Of a stretch of DNA of 64,000 bases, positions 13,096 to 24,405 are shown in pieces (positions within the stretch are counted from its first letter, which is position 1; each line of letters starts with the position of its first letter). The notes beneath the pieces are model-generated. The model saw only the letters and a list, made by a program, of their open reading frames with translations, did not search any database and was not told the DNA's origin. Position numbers and translations under genes: made by a program. Where the stretch lies: the NCBI RefSeq assembly GCF_964213995.1, contig NC_135811.1:44144001-44208000 (forward strand), in the 5' to 3' direction. Origin of the DNA: Mustelus asterias. Lineage: Eukaryota.

Positions 13096-15624
13096 AATCA
13101 CAAGAAGCTTACACTGTGTGCCAACCTATACACATATGGCTGAAGAAACATTTGCAGGGAAAGGAAAAGGATATGAAAGGCGTTATAGTATCTCCCGTGC
13201 GTCAGTGGCAAATTGTATATAGTAATCAATGGATGGAGGGGAAGATGACATGTTTAACACAGTGCAGTATAACAAGGTATATCTCTATTCCAATTCTCTT
13301 CCTGCACCTAAACTTTTGTCTGTTTCCATAGTTAGTAATTCCCAAAAACATGTCAGTAGTCTGTCACCAAGGGTTTATAGATTGAGGGGCGCCACTCCAC
13401 ATCAAGCATGGGTGACCAAGTCTTTCCCGCTCTTACTGCCAGCCATTCGCATATTTGGAAGCATTTGCAAGTTGACACATTCAGCCTGTTTGCCTGCCTT
13501 ATGAACACACCTTCCTTGACCATCAAATCCTGGGGTGGGACTCGAACCCTGAGCTTCTGGCTCAGAGGCAGGGATGCTACTCAGTGCCAGAAGGTATATC
13601 TGCTTTCTACTAAACATCTGCCAACATTGAATAACCATGCAGGAATTTGTGGAGGTCACATTCACTGCCAAGGCCACAATGAGGCCTAAATCATTGTCTG
13701 TTTAGGCCTCTTTCTCTCAATTCCAAGCGGATGGGTTCTTTGCGAGATTTCAGGCAATATTTCAAATGAAGAGTTGTTAGGTTAGGATTCAGCGAGGAAC
13801 CAAGGGCCTCTGATATTGCAGGAAACCAAATTGTTTTAGGTACAAAAAAGCTGCCACTGTCCTTTCGGCTTCTCCCATCAGCCTCCACCCAACCTCTAGT
13901 AGCAATGGGAGCCCATCCTAAATATTTAATTACAGCCCATTGAGGAAAGTTCAACTGCTCAATGTGGGCCAATGAGTACAAGTGCGACTAATGTATTCCG
14001 ATGGGAGAGCTCACCAAGGGGGAAAACCCATCCCTAAATTTTTTGATGGTACAATTTATCATTGTCTTTGTTTTGCAGAGTTTTATAACGAGCCACCCTT
14101 TCCCTCATCAACCCTTTGAAGTCACTGAGGCACTCGCTTTTGCGCATAACTTCCCTCCAAAATAAAATCCACTTTCAGCGAACACATTCATCAGCCTTTC
14201 CCTGCTAATAAGTTCTTTCGCTACAATGTCAAGTTCGTGCTGCCAGTGGGGTTTATTCATGTCACTTGGTTTCAATCAGTGTAAGTTACTTTTAACTTAT
14301 TAAAGGTCAAATGGTTACGTTTTGGTGGCAAACCTTTTAATTTCCATGATTCCAACTAATGCCCAGCTGAATAGATTAATTTACTCCCGGCAGTAAATGA
14401 AAATGCAAAGAAGTCACTAAATCAATCAACACTTGAATGGAGTGTGCATAATTGCTCTGTAGTTACTTTCCAAATACATTCAATAGCCCGTGCATTAAAT
14501 ATCAGCTTCCTCGTTTGTTGTATTAAATATTTTATGTTCTAACAATACAGTAAATATTCATGTGGTAATAAAGAACAAAACCAAATCTTGGCAGACTCTG
14601 GCATTTTTCTAATTTAATTTTGCAAGGGCAAATATCATTTTTAAGGCATGTCTCTTCACTTCTCCTTTCAATGATGCGCTCCTCATTCTAGCTGAAGCAG
14701 CAGCCTCAGATTTCCATCAGTATCGCCCTCAAACTAGACTGACTTGCTCTCCCTTCTTCTGAAGTGAACGTCTGGCCTCTTGATTAACTGCTGTCCCGAG
14801 CAGCAATGCCGAGAGCTGGGCCCAGCGTGAGAGAGATTCATGGCTGCAAACGTGAATTCTACTGCCTTTCTGCCAACAGATATTTTTAGACTTCATTAAG
14901 CCATACACAATTCAGGATATCTTTTCACAGCAAACATAATTTCTTTTTTTTAAAAAAGAGAGAAAGGCTCTGCAGTTTACAGCAGCACTTACATAATTGC
15001 CAGCACAGCATAACATATTCTCTGCTGTTTTTATCATGAATTGCAAAAGATAACAATTACTTCAGATTTTATCTGATGCTGACGACTCTGATGCTGTGTT
15101 TGCAAATCAAGCATACGTGTTTATCATCACTCCATTTCAACATCGTGACAACGGGCTGCATACATTAGTTCTAATTTTTTTTTGCTTGTCATGCAACCAC
15201 CCAGGTAAAAATTGAATCGATTTTTAAAAGTTGCCTGGAAGAATAAAAATCTGGGCATGCTTTTCTCCAAGATTGATGCTCTTGTATATTATGCTGCTAA
15301 ATGATCAGTTTCAACGCACAACGCATTTTACCATCTATCTCCCAACACTGTGACAAAATGTCCAACAGACTCCACGATGCTGCCAAAGTTTCCCACTGGT
15401 GTAACTCACTTTGACAAAGGGAAGGGATTTTCATTAGTTATGTTGCAAAGTCCTGCACCAATTTACAAACAGAAATGTGCCTCATTAGCAATAAACTAGG
15501 AAGCCACATTTAAAATCCACCCACACTCCACAGATGCTGAGTAGCATCAATATGTAGAATTGTGGTGTTTGGTACACAGGCATCTTAAATTTCTGTCAAG
15601 TTGCTACTGACCATTCATACAAAC

Positions 15625-15960
15625 CAGAATCAGGAGTAGGCCATTCGGCCCTTCGAGCCTGCTCCACCATTCACTATAAGAAGTCTCACAACACCAGGTT
15701 AAAGTCCAACAGGTTTATTTGGCATCACGAGCTTTCGGAGCGCCGCTCCTGGCCATTCATTTTGATCATAGCTGATCATCAAATTCAATATCCTGATCCC
15801 TCCTTCCCTCCCCCATATCCCTTGATTCCTTTAGCCCCAAGAGCTATATCTAATTTCTTCTTGATATCACACAATGTTTTGACCTCAATTACTTTTTGTG
15901 CTAGTGAATTCCACACACTCACCACCCTTTGGGTGAAGAAATTTCTCCTCACCTCAGCTC
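15625..15960 (-). mobile_element. CR1 3' fragment with a ~75-bp Penelope fragment (~15676-15750) inserted
   Basis: CR1 tail motif GGCCATTCGGCCCTTCGAGCC; CCATTCA duplicated around the insert. Confidence 0.65.
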
Positions 15961-16862
15961 TCAAGCATAATGCATCATTTTCCCATTACAAAATCATGGC
16001 ATTCAAAATTTACAGTCAAACTTGTCATTACGAATATTATTAAAGTCTTGGGTATTCCAGAACTTTCAAACAAGAGGCAAAATAGTGCAGGTGCTGAAAA
16101 TCCGAAAGCAAGGTGAAAATTCTGGGGAAGACTCAGCTGGCAAGGCAGCGTCTGTGGACAGCAGAAGAGTTTATGGGTGGGATTTTCAAGCCACGCACGC
16201 CCCAAGACTGGAAATTCCCGCCCAAGTTTAACGGACCTTTAAATGTTCCGCCAATCTCTGTCCCGCCCGCTACAATTACTGCGGCGGGCAGGTCCGGAAA
16301 ATTTCAGCCAATGTTTCAGGGCCAATGACCTTTCACCAGGACTGCAAGCTATTCAGCGTACTTCTGGAGTCTGAGACATCAACCAGTTCCGACGAAATGT
16401 AATTGACCTGAAGGGTCAACTATTTCTCCCCCCACAGATGCTGTCTGAACTGTTGAGTCTTTTCCAGCTTTTTCTGTTTTTATTTCAGAACTTGGGTCTG
16501 AATTTTCACCATGTCGGAGGTGATCTGCGCCTTTCCCAAAATGACCTTGGAGCCACTTTCATAAGTCCCTCATCGAACACAGCACCCAGCCTTTTCACCA
16601 GGCCAGCAGTGAGTGGACGGGCAGACAGGGGGGTGGTGGGGAGCAAGGCAATAAATAGTTCACACGTCCACTGTTCACAGAGACAACAACACATTGAAAA
16701 CTGCAGCCGCAGAAACACAACTTGTGGGCTTTAAACATTTGAGAAAAAGGTTTAACCCTGCCAGCGTTCTTTGGAGGGGTCAGGTACCCTTTAAGAGAGC
16801 TCAGATAGCCTTTGGAGAGTACAAGGTATCGCTTTGAGGTTGCTAACAGCAGATGTTAATGT

Positions 16863-17900
16863 GACGGCATGGTGGCACAGTGGTTAGCTCTGCTGCCTCA
16901 CAGTGTCAGGAAGCCGGGTTCAATTCCACCACGGGTGACTGTGTGGAGTTTGCATGTTCTCCCCATAGAAATCATAGAAATCATAGAAACCCTACAGTGC
17001 AGAAGGAGGCCATTCGGCCCATCGAGTCTGCACCGACCACAATCCCACCCAGGCCCTATCCCCACATATTTACCCGCTAATCCCGCTAACCTACGCATCT
17101 CAGAACTCTAAGGGGCAATTTATTTTTTTTAACCTGGCCAATCAACCTAACCCGCACATCTTTGGACTGTAGGAGGAAACCGGAGCACCCGGAGGAAACC
17201 CACGCAGACACGAGGAGAATGTGCAAACTCCACACAGACAGTGACCCGAGCCGGGAATCGAACCCGGGACCCTGGAGCTGTGAAGCAGCAGTGCTAACCA
17301 CTGTGCTACCGTGCCGCCCATGTCTGTGTGGGTTTCCTCCAGGTGCTCTGGTTTCCTCCCACAGTCCAAAGATGTGCAGGTTAGGTGGATTGACCATGCT
17401 CAATTGCCTCTTAGCATCCCAAGGTGTGTAGGCTCATAGAATCCCTATAGTGGAGGAGGCCATTCAGCCCATCAAGTCTGCACTGGCTCTCCGACAGTGC
17501 ATCTTACCCAGGCCCTATCCCTATAACCCCACATATTTATCCAGCTAATTCCCCTAACCTACACATCTTGGGACACTAAGAGGCAATTTACCATGACCAT
17601 TCCATCTAACCTGCACATCTTTGGAGTGTGGGAGGAAACTGCAGCACCCAGAGGAAAGCCACGCAGACATGGGGAGAACATGTAAACCCCACACAGTCAG
17701 TCACCCAAGGGTGGAATCGAACCCAGGTCCTTGGCGCTGTGAGGCAGCAGTGCTAACCACTGTGCCACCGTGCCGAGGATAAGTCATGGTAAATGTGCAG
17801 AATTACGGACATAGGAGTGTGCCTGGGTAAGATGCTCTTTCAGAGAGATGGTGAAACTTGATGGGCCGAATGGCCTCCTCTGCATGTCGGGATTTTATGG
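16863..17900. mobile_element. Cluster of nested HE1 SINEs (about 3 copies in both orientations)
   Basis: A box TGGCACAGTGG, B box GGTTC(A/G)ATTCC, HE1 cores, (ATAGAAATC)n tail; minus copies at ~16965-17318 and ~17433-17775 interrupt a plus copy. Confidence 0.85.
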
Positions 17901-19779
17901 TTTATGGGTGAGTAAAAGGTGGATAACGTTTGTGGAGCTATTAAGACATTTTAATCCCACCAACTGCTTAAGGAGAAGTGTTTGTGTCGCATGGTGATCC
18001 ACAAGACTTTCTTACCAGCAGTTATTGGAACTCCTATTGCATTTATGAAGTCACAGATCTCTGACATGCCTGAGGGCCAGATTTTCATAGATGAGATGGG
18101 TGTCAGGAGGCAAGATTTTTCCCTGCAACTTCATCTCTGTCCTGGAGGACGCACTTTCCCTGCTTACCTGTTGAGGAGATAGACATGGGCTGGAGAGAGG
18201 TCCATCACCTAAGGTGGATGGTGACACTGGCAGGTTAGAAAGGCCTGTTCCATTTACTGGGATGTCAACCTAGTTCTGTTCATGGTTGTTAGGCCCTCTA
18301 ACTCTAAACAAAAACATTTTAAAATACTGCGAAAGACCACTGTGAAAGCAGATGTTTGGCAGTCTATTCATCCCACTTCTGTTGACACAGTTGCCAGAAG
18401 GCCTCATTAGGAATGTTTTGTTGAGCTCCAAGAATGACTAATGTATTCAGCTGCTGGTGAGTCATTTACATAATTACAACAGAGATATAAACTGCAGTTT
18501 GTTTGACTGACAGTTTTATTACCTTGTCAAAACTTGATATTTTTCTGAAGTGGTTTTTCAATGCCGATGTTTATTGGGACGCAGATTGAAGGTCCTTTGA
18601 TCGGCCTTTCACTGTCTGTGTTTGATTGACAGTGTTATGTGAGGATAAGGGGAATTTCTTTTCAAGGGGAATGTTGAATGCCTGATGTTTTTGGTTTCTG
18701 ATTCCACGGTTCAAGGTGAAACACATCTCAAAAACTCATCGCAAAAGCTGACTCAACTCCATCAAATTTCGAAGGGGTCTGAAATGTCAACCCGCTCAAT
18801 GGGGCCGGCCAGTCACCTGCAACCTTATCCCATGCTAGTCAAAATTGCCTCAACAGGAATCAGGTCCCATCCAACATTTTTTAAAGCCCTTTTGCCTCTG
18901 TTTGGATGTGGAGAGAGGCATGAAAATCTAACCCCTGGAAGTTCATTCCCACCAGAAAGTTAACGGCCCAAAGTTTGGAGTGTGAAATTGTCAGTGTTCA
19001 CCATCAGTAAGTACGGCTGTGAAACTGACAGCAACATCTGGCACCCACACATGTTCAGTCAAATATGAAGATCATGGCCAGAATCTTACAGCCATTCACG
19101 CTGGAGGCATTTTCCCATCCCGCTGCAGTGAACGGAGATTTGGCTGAGCGTCAAATTCTCCGACCTCGCTGCAGCAGGAGCGTAGCGTGAACGGGCAGTA
19201 AGATCGCACCAATAAATTTGTCAGTGATAACCGTGCTCAACCAGAATGCACTACTGAATTCAGCACATACGGCAATCTTTAGAAATTACTGCTCTGATCA
19301 GAACATCCCCCTGAAAGCCGCAATATCACTCTCAGAAAACAACAAGTTATGCCTTGATAATAAGGTTTAACTGTATTTTTAAACAGAATACTAAGCCCAT
19401 AATCACTGCTGCACTGTCTCACTGTCCCTGAAAAATTAATGTTATATTTGCATAATGCTAAATGTTTAATATGGTTCAAATTATTATTTTAAAGCCTGTT
19501 TTCAGTATTCCAGCCTCTAATGTGAATGTCCCAATCTGTATTTTGCACCCTGCAAAATATATTAAAGAGGTGGGTGATAATCATTTCATTTTAATTCCAC
19601 ATTTGCTGTGCCAGAATTCTTCGGTGTGATTGGTTATCTATCCTGTCTGATGACACAATGGCAGCTGGAGCACTAAAAATCTCCTTTGATTTGGAGCCCG
19701 ATTCAAATTAACATTGAGAAACGTGAAGCCCACACCACACAGAGAGAGAGAGATCTGCAATGGTAACTTACATACAGAA

Positions 19780-21370
19780 ACATATATGATTATGAAGGGA
19801 ATTAATAAGATAGAAGCAGGAAGGTTGTTTCTGCTAGCGGGTGAAACTAGAACTAGGGGCATAGCCTCAAAATAAGGGGGAGCAGATTTAGGACTGAATT
19901 GAGGAGGAACTTCTTCACCCAAAGGGTTGTGAATCTGTGGAATTCCCTGCCAAGTGGAGCAGTTGAGGCTACCTCATTGAATGTTTTTAAGGCAAAGAGT
20001 TACCTCCTCAAAGAGTTCTTTCAAAGGTAACAAGGGAAATAGATAAAGGAGAACCAGTGGACGTGATTTATTTAGATTTCCAGAAGGCCTTTGACAAGGT
20101 GCCGCATAGGAGACTATTAAATAAGTTAAGAGCCTATGGCGTTAAGGATAAGATCCTGGCATAGATGGAGGACTGGTAGAGAGTGGGGATAAAGGGGTCT
20201 TTTTCAGGATGGCCGACAGTGACTAGTGGTGCGCCTCAGGGGTCAGTGCTGGGACCGCAACTTTTCACAATATACATTAATGATTTGGAAGAAGGAACTA
20301 AAGGCACTGTTGCTAAGTTTGCAGATGATACAAAGATATGTGGAGGGACAGGTATAATTGAGGAAGCAGGGGGGGCTGCAGAAGGACTTGGACAGGCTAG
20401 GAGAGTGCGCAAAGAAGTGGCAGATGGAATACAATGTGGAAAGTGAGAGGTTATGGACTTTGGAAGGAGGAATGGAGGCATAGACTGTTTTTTAAATGGG
20501 GAAATGCTTAGGAAATCAGAAGCACAAAGGGACGTGGGAGTCCTTGTTCAAGATTCTCTTAACGTTAACGTGCAGGTTCAGTCGGCAGTTAGGAAGGCAA
20601 ATGCAATGTTAGCATTCATGTCGAGAGGGATAGAATACAAGAGCAGGAATGTACTTCTGAGGCTGTATAAGGCTCTGGTCAGACCTCATTTGGAGTATTG
20701 TGAGCAGTTTTGGGCCCCATATCTAAGGAAGGATGTGCTGGCCTTCGAAAGGGTCCAGAGGAGGTTCACAAATGATCCCTGGAATGAAGAGCTTGTCATA
20801 TGAGGAATGGTTGAGGACTCTGGGTCGGTACTTGTTGGAGTTTAAAAGGATGAGGGGGGATCTTATTAAAATTTACAGGATAATGAAAGGCCTAGAGAGA
20901 GTGGATGTGGAGATGGTGTTTCTACTAGTACGAAAAAGTAGAACCAGAGGGCACAACCTCAGGCTAAAGGGACAATCCTTTAAAACAGAGATGAGGAGGA
21001 ATTTCTTCAGCCAGAGAGTGGTGAATCTGTGGAACTCTTTGCCGCTGCAGGCTGTGGAGGCCAGGTCAAGTGTCTTTAAGACAGAGATAGATAGGTTCTT
21101 GATTAATAAGGGGATCAGGGGTTATGGGGAAAAGGCAGGAGAACGGGGATGAGAAAAATATCAGCCATGATTGAATGGCAGAGCAGACTCAATGGGCCAA
21201 GTGGCCTAATTCTGCTGTCTTATGGTCTAAGATAGATAGATTTTTGAACAGTAAAGGAATTAAGGGTTTATGGTGGGTAAGTGGAGCTGAGTCCACAAAA
21301 AGTGCAGCCATGATCTTATTGAATGGCAGAGCAGGCTCGAGGGGCCAAATGGCCTACTCCTAGTTCTTAT
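19780..21370 (+). mobile_element. CR1/HER1 LINE fragments; RT-bearing copy ~20000-21230 nested in another CR1 3' end
   Basis: [52 protein letters not shown] motifs, frameshifted. Confidence 0.9.
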
Positions 21371-21597
21371 AAATTTCAACAACCATCACATGGCTACAAA
21401 ATCTGGGCAAGTATTTTGAAAACTAGGTTCTTTGAAATCTACATATTTCTGGGCTGTTGAATGACAATGTACTTGTGCACATTGTTTTGTAGCGTTGACA
21501 AATGCACGTTGATGAAGTCATTTTAAACCAACCTGACTCACTTGCAAATATTAACAATTACAGAGAGACAGATATGTAAACCTTATTTCCTTGCATG

Positions 21598-21847
21598 TGT
21601 TACTTTTGCGCATTCACCAGTAAGGATACTCCAGTAGCAGGAATTAACTTCACAAAACAAAAGGTTTAACAAAGAAACTTCATTATTACACCACCACACC
21701 CTAGGCCACAGATGCTTTCCCATAATCCTCATCTGCTCTTTCCATTTATACCAAGTCAGCTGACCAGGACACCACTTTGCCATTGGTTACATTGTCTACT
21801 GGGTCAGCTGACCCTCACAGCATGTTATCATTGGTTACATTATAACA
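21598..21847 (-). mobile_element. Solo LTR, family B
   Basis: Homologous to 58866-59174 (GTCAGCTGAC repeats, CCAAT boxes, TATAAAT on minus strand). Confidence 0.6.
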
Positions 21848-22049
21848 ACATTTAACAAAATAGTCACTTGTGAGTTAAGATACATATAAAGATGTGATGG
21901 ATTCTCCTTCTGATTTTACAGCCTGTTTGAATTTTGCTCTTTTCCAGGTAATGGTTACAATCTGTTGGCACAAATGAATGCTCCTATGTGGATCAATCAA
22001 TCTTTTCCTACTTGGGAACATTTTACTGTCGGGCATGGTTCACTAATGT

Positions 22050-22865
22050 TATTTTCGCATGAGTCAGAAGGTTATAGGTTCAAGTTCCACTCCAGGGACC
22101 TAAGCACAATATTTAGGTTGTCAGTCCATGCAGTGTTGAGTGTTAATTATATTAACTGTGTTATATTATATGGAGGCGGCTAGTCCTTCTATAAAGAGGA
22201 ACAGACCGAATCTGTGTTAGTTAGGTGAAGAATTGCATGTACGTGATGTATATCTCTATAAATATAAGCTTGTAAAAATATGTAAAAACAAGCGCTGGTT
22301 CTATCCATCACCACCCGATTATGCATGCTGTAATTATTGTTGGCGATGTCTTTTTTGATAAAATGTTAAACCAGGCATCCATTTACCCTCCCCAGTGGAT
22401 ATTAAAAAATCGCACAATACGATTTCAAAGAAGAGCAATGACGTTCCATAGAAACATAGGAAATAAAAGCAGGAGGAGGCCCTTCGAGCCTGCTCCGCCA
22501 TTCATTTTGATCATGGCTGACCATCAAATTCAATATCCTGATCTGGCCTTTCCCCTAATATCCCTTGATCTCTTTAGCACCAAGGGCTACATCTAATTTA
22601 TTCTTGATATCACACAATATTTTTGTCTCAAAGCCTTTTGGTCTTATGACCAATCTTAATCCCTCAAGCAACATCACCAGAAAGTAATTATCTGGCCATT
22701 ACTACACTGCTGTTTGAGCGAGTTTGCTATCTGCAAACTTGTCTTCCATGTTTTCCTTCACGTCAGCAGTGACTATTCTTCAGTTAAGTATTTAATTGGC
22801 TAGAAGCTGTTTTGGGATGTCCTGAGTTTGTGAACGCAGCTTCATAAGTGAAAGTCTTTCTTTTT
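22050..22865 (+). mobile_element. Deu-domain SINE (SacSINE1/AmnSINE1-like), split by two insertions
   Basis: GAGTCAGAAGGTT..GGTTCAAGT head; TTATCTGGCCATT..CTGTTTG core; TTGGGATGTCCTGAG..GTGAA tail; inserts at ~22141-22315 and a CR1 piece at ~22447-22640. Confidence 0.65.
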
Positions 22866-24079
22866 TCTTTCTTTATGTTCTTGATTTCAAACATTTAATA
22901 TAGCTCTTCTAAGTGACAAAACATAGGGTCGGAGCTTGCAATTTCCTGATATGAATGATTCCTTGGTATACACTCCCAGCATGCAGTATGAAGCACTATC
23001 GTGGGCCTGATTTTAACTTGGGTGCCAGTTATGTGTGCAGGAGTGGAGACAGATGACAAATCATCCCGATGTCAGCAGCTGTTTCCAATTAGTGAGGTAA
23101 AAGAAATCACTAAGCCTCAAAATGGTGCATATATAATACTTACACCTGAGGTGGTGGCATAGTGGTATGTCATTGGACTAGTAATCCAGAGGTCCAGGAT
23201 AATGCTCTGCTGACAAGGTTCAAACCCAACTGCAGCTGTTGGAATTTAAATAAAATGTTGAATTGAAAGCTAGTCCCAGTAATGGTGACCATGAAACTAT
23301 CGTTGATTGCTGGAAAAACCCATCTGGTTTACTAATGTCCTTTGTGAAGGAAATCTGCTGCCCTTAATTCATCTGGCCTGCATGTGACTCTAATGTGAAT
23401 GGCTCTTAACTACCCTCTAAAATGTCCTAGTAAGCCACTTAATTCAAGGGCCTTGCCAGTGGCGTCCACATTCACTTAAATAGTAAGCAAAATGAAAGGG
23501 CCTGATTTTAACTCTGCATAAAAAGATGGATTTAGTATTATTTAAAATCTCGATACAATTTACAGTGACAAGTGATAAAGAAATTTAGCCTCTATTAACA
23601 ATGTTTTAATTTCCAAGCAACAGCAGAAGGCTATGAGTAGCTGTTGTTATCCAGTTATCTTTCTTACATATCAGGCGGGATTTTTCAGCCTCGCTCAAGC
23701 AAGACTGGAAGTTTCTGTCCAAGGTCAATGGACATTTCCATTATCCACCCCTCGCCTGCTCCGATTCCATGGTGGGCGGGCAGTAGAATTCCGGCGAACA
23801 ACTGTTCTGTATTTGTTGCATGTGTTTATAACAAAATAGCACAATTATAATATTTTTAAAATCAATTCACCACTTGCCTGAAATAAAACAGCTATGAGAA
23901 TTCAATCTCTGTTTCTTTCAAACTACCTTGGGAAAAGGCAATGAAATAGTCAACTCTCCACAGCTTTCGAGGGCACACCATTCTTCCATGGTGGGCGGGA
24001 CAGGAAAATTCCATCCCCTGTGTCATGTGGCAAGATGACAAGGGACTCCCAGTTCTTCTGGGGAAATTGTGTATGTGCA

Positions 24080-24405
24080 TATATAAGAGTTCACATAACT
24101 TTTTCGAGGTCTCTTTATGACAGAAATGAGGAGAAATGTTCACTCTCAGAGGGTCATCACTCAGTGGAATTCTCTTCTACAGAAAGCAGTGGAGGCTGGG
24201 TCGTTGAATGTCTTCAAGACTGAGTTTTTGAAAGACAGGGGAGTCAAGAGCTATGGGGGGGACGGTGGGGGTGGGGGGATGGTAGGGGTAGGGGGGTGGG
24301 CAGTGACAGACAGGAAATTAGAGCTGAGACCACAGTCCAATCAACCATGGTCTTATCAAATGCAGAGCAGGCTTGAAGGGCCAAATGGCCTACTCCTGTT
24401 CCTCA
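24080..24405 (+). mobile_element. CR1 3' fragment
   Basis: TEMRRNVHSQRVITQWNSL..KAVEAGSLNVFK; CR1 tail. Confidence 0.75.

Noticed and set aside
14100-14205. Minus-strand cag|GGAAAGG as acceptor of the missing DNTT exon
   Set aside because: Translation shows no TdT similarity and runs into a stop.
15135-15160. Minus-strand CAC GAT GTT GAA (HDVE) as the missing DNTT exon
   Set aside because: No GK..G context or DFL motif, and an in-frame stop follows within a few codons.
16330-16490. Hammerhead of a second Penelope-derived family (CCGACGAA...TGAAG)
   Set aside because: Core and stems are too degenerate to call a ribozyme.
16863-17900. tRNA genes suggested by A/B boxes
   Set aside because: These are tRNA-derived SINE heads continuing into HE1 core and LINE tail.
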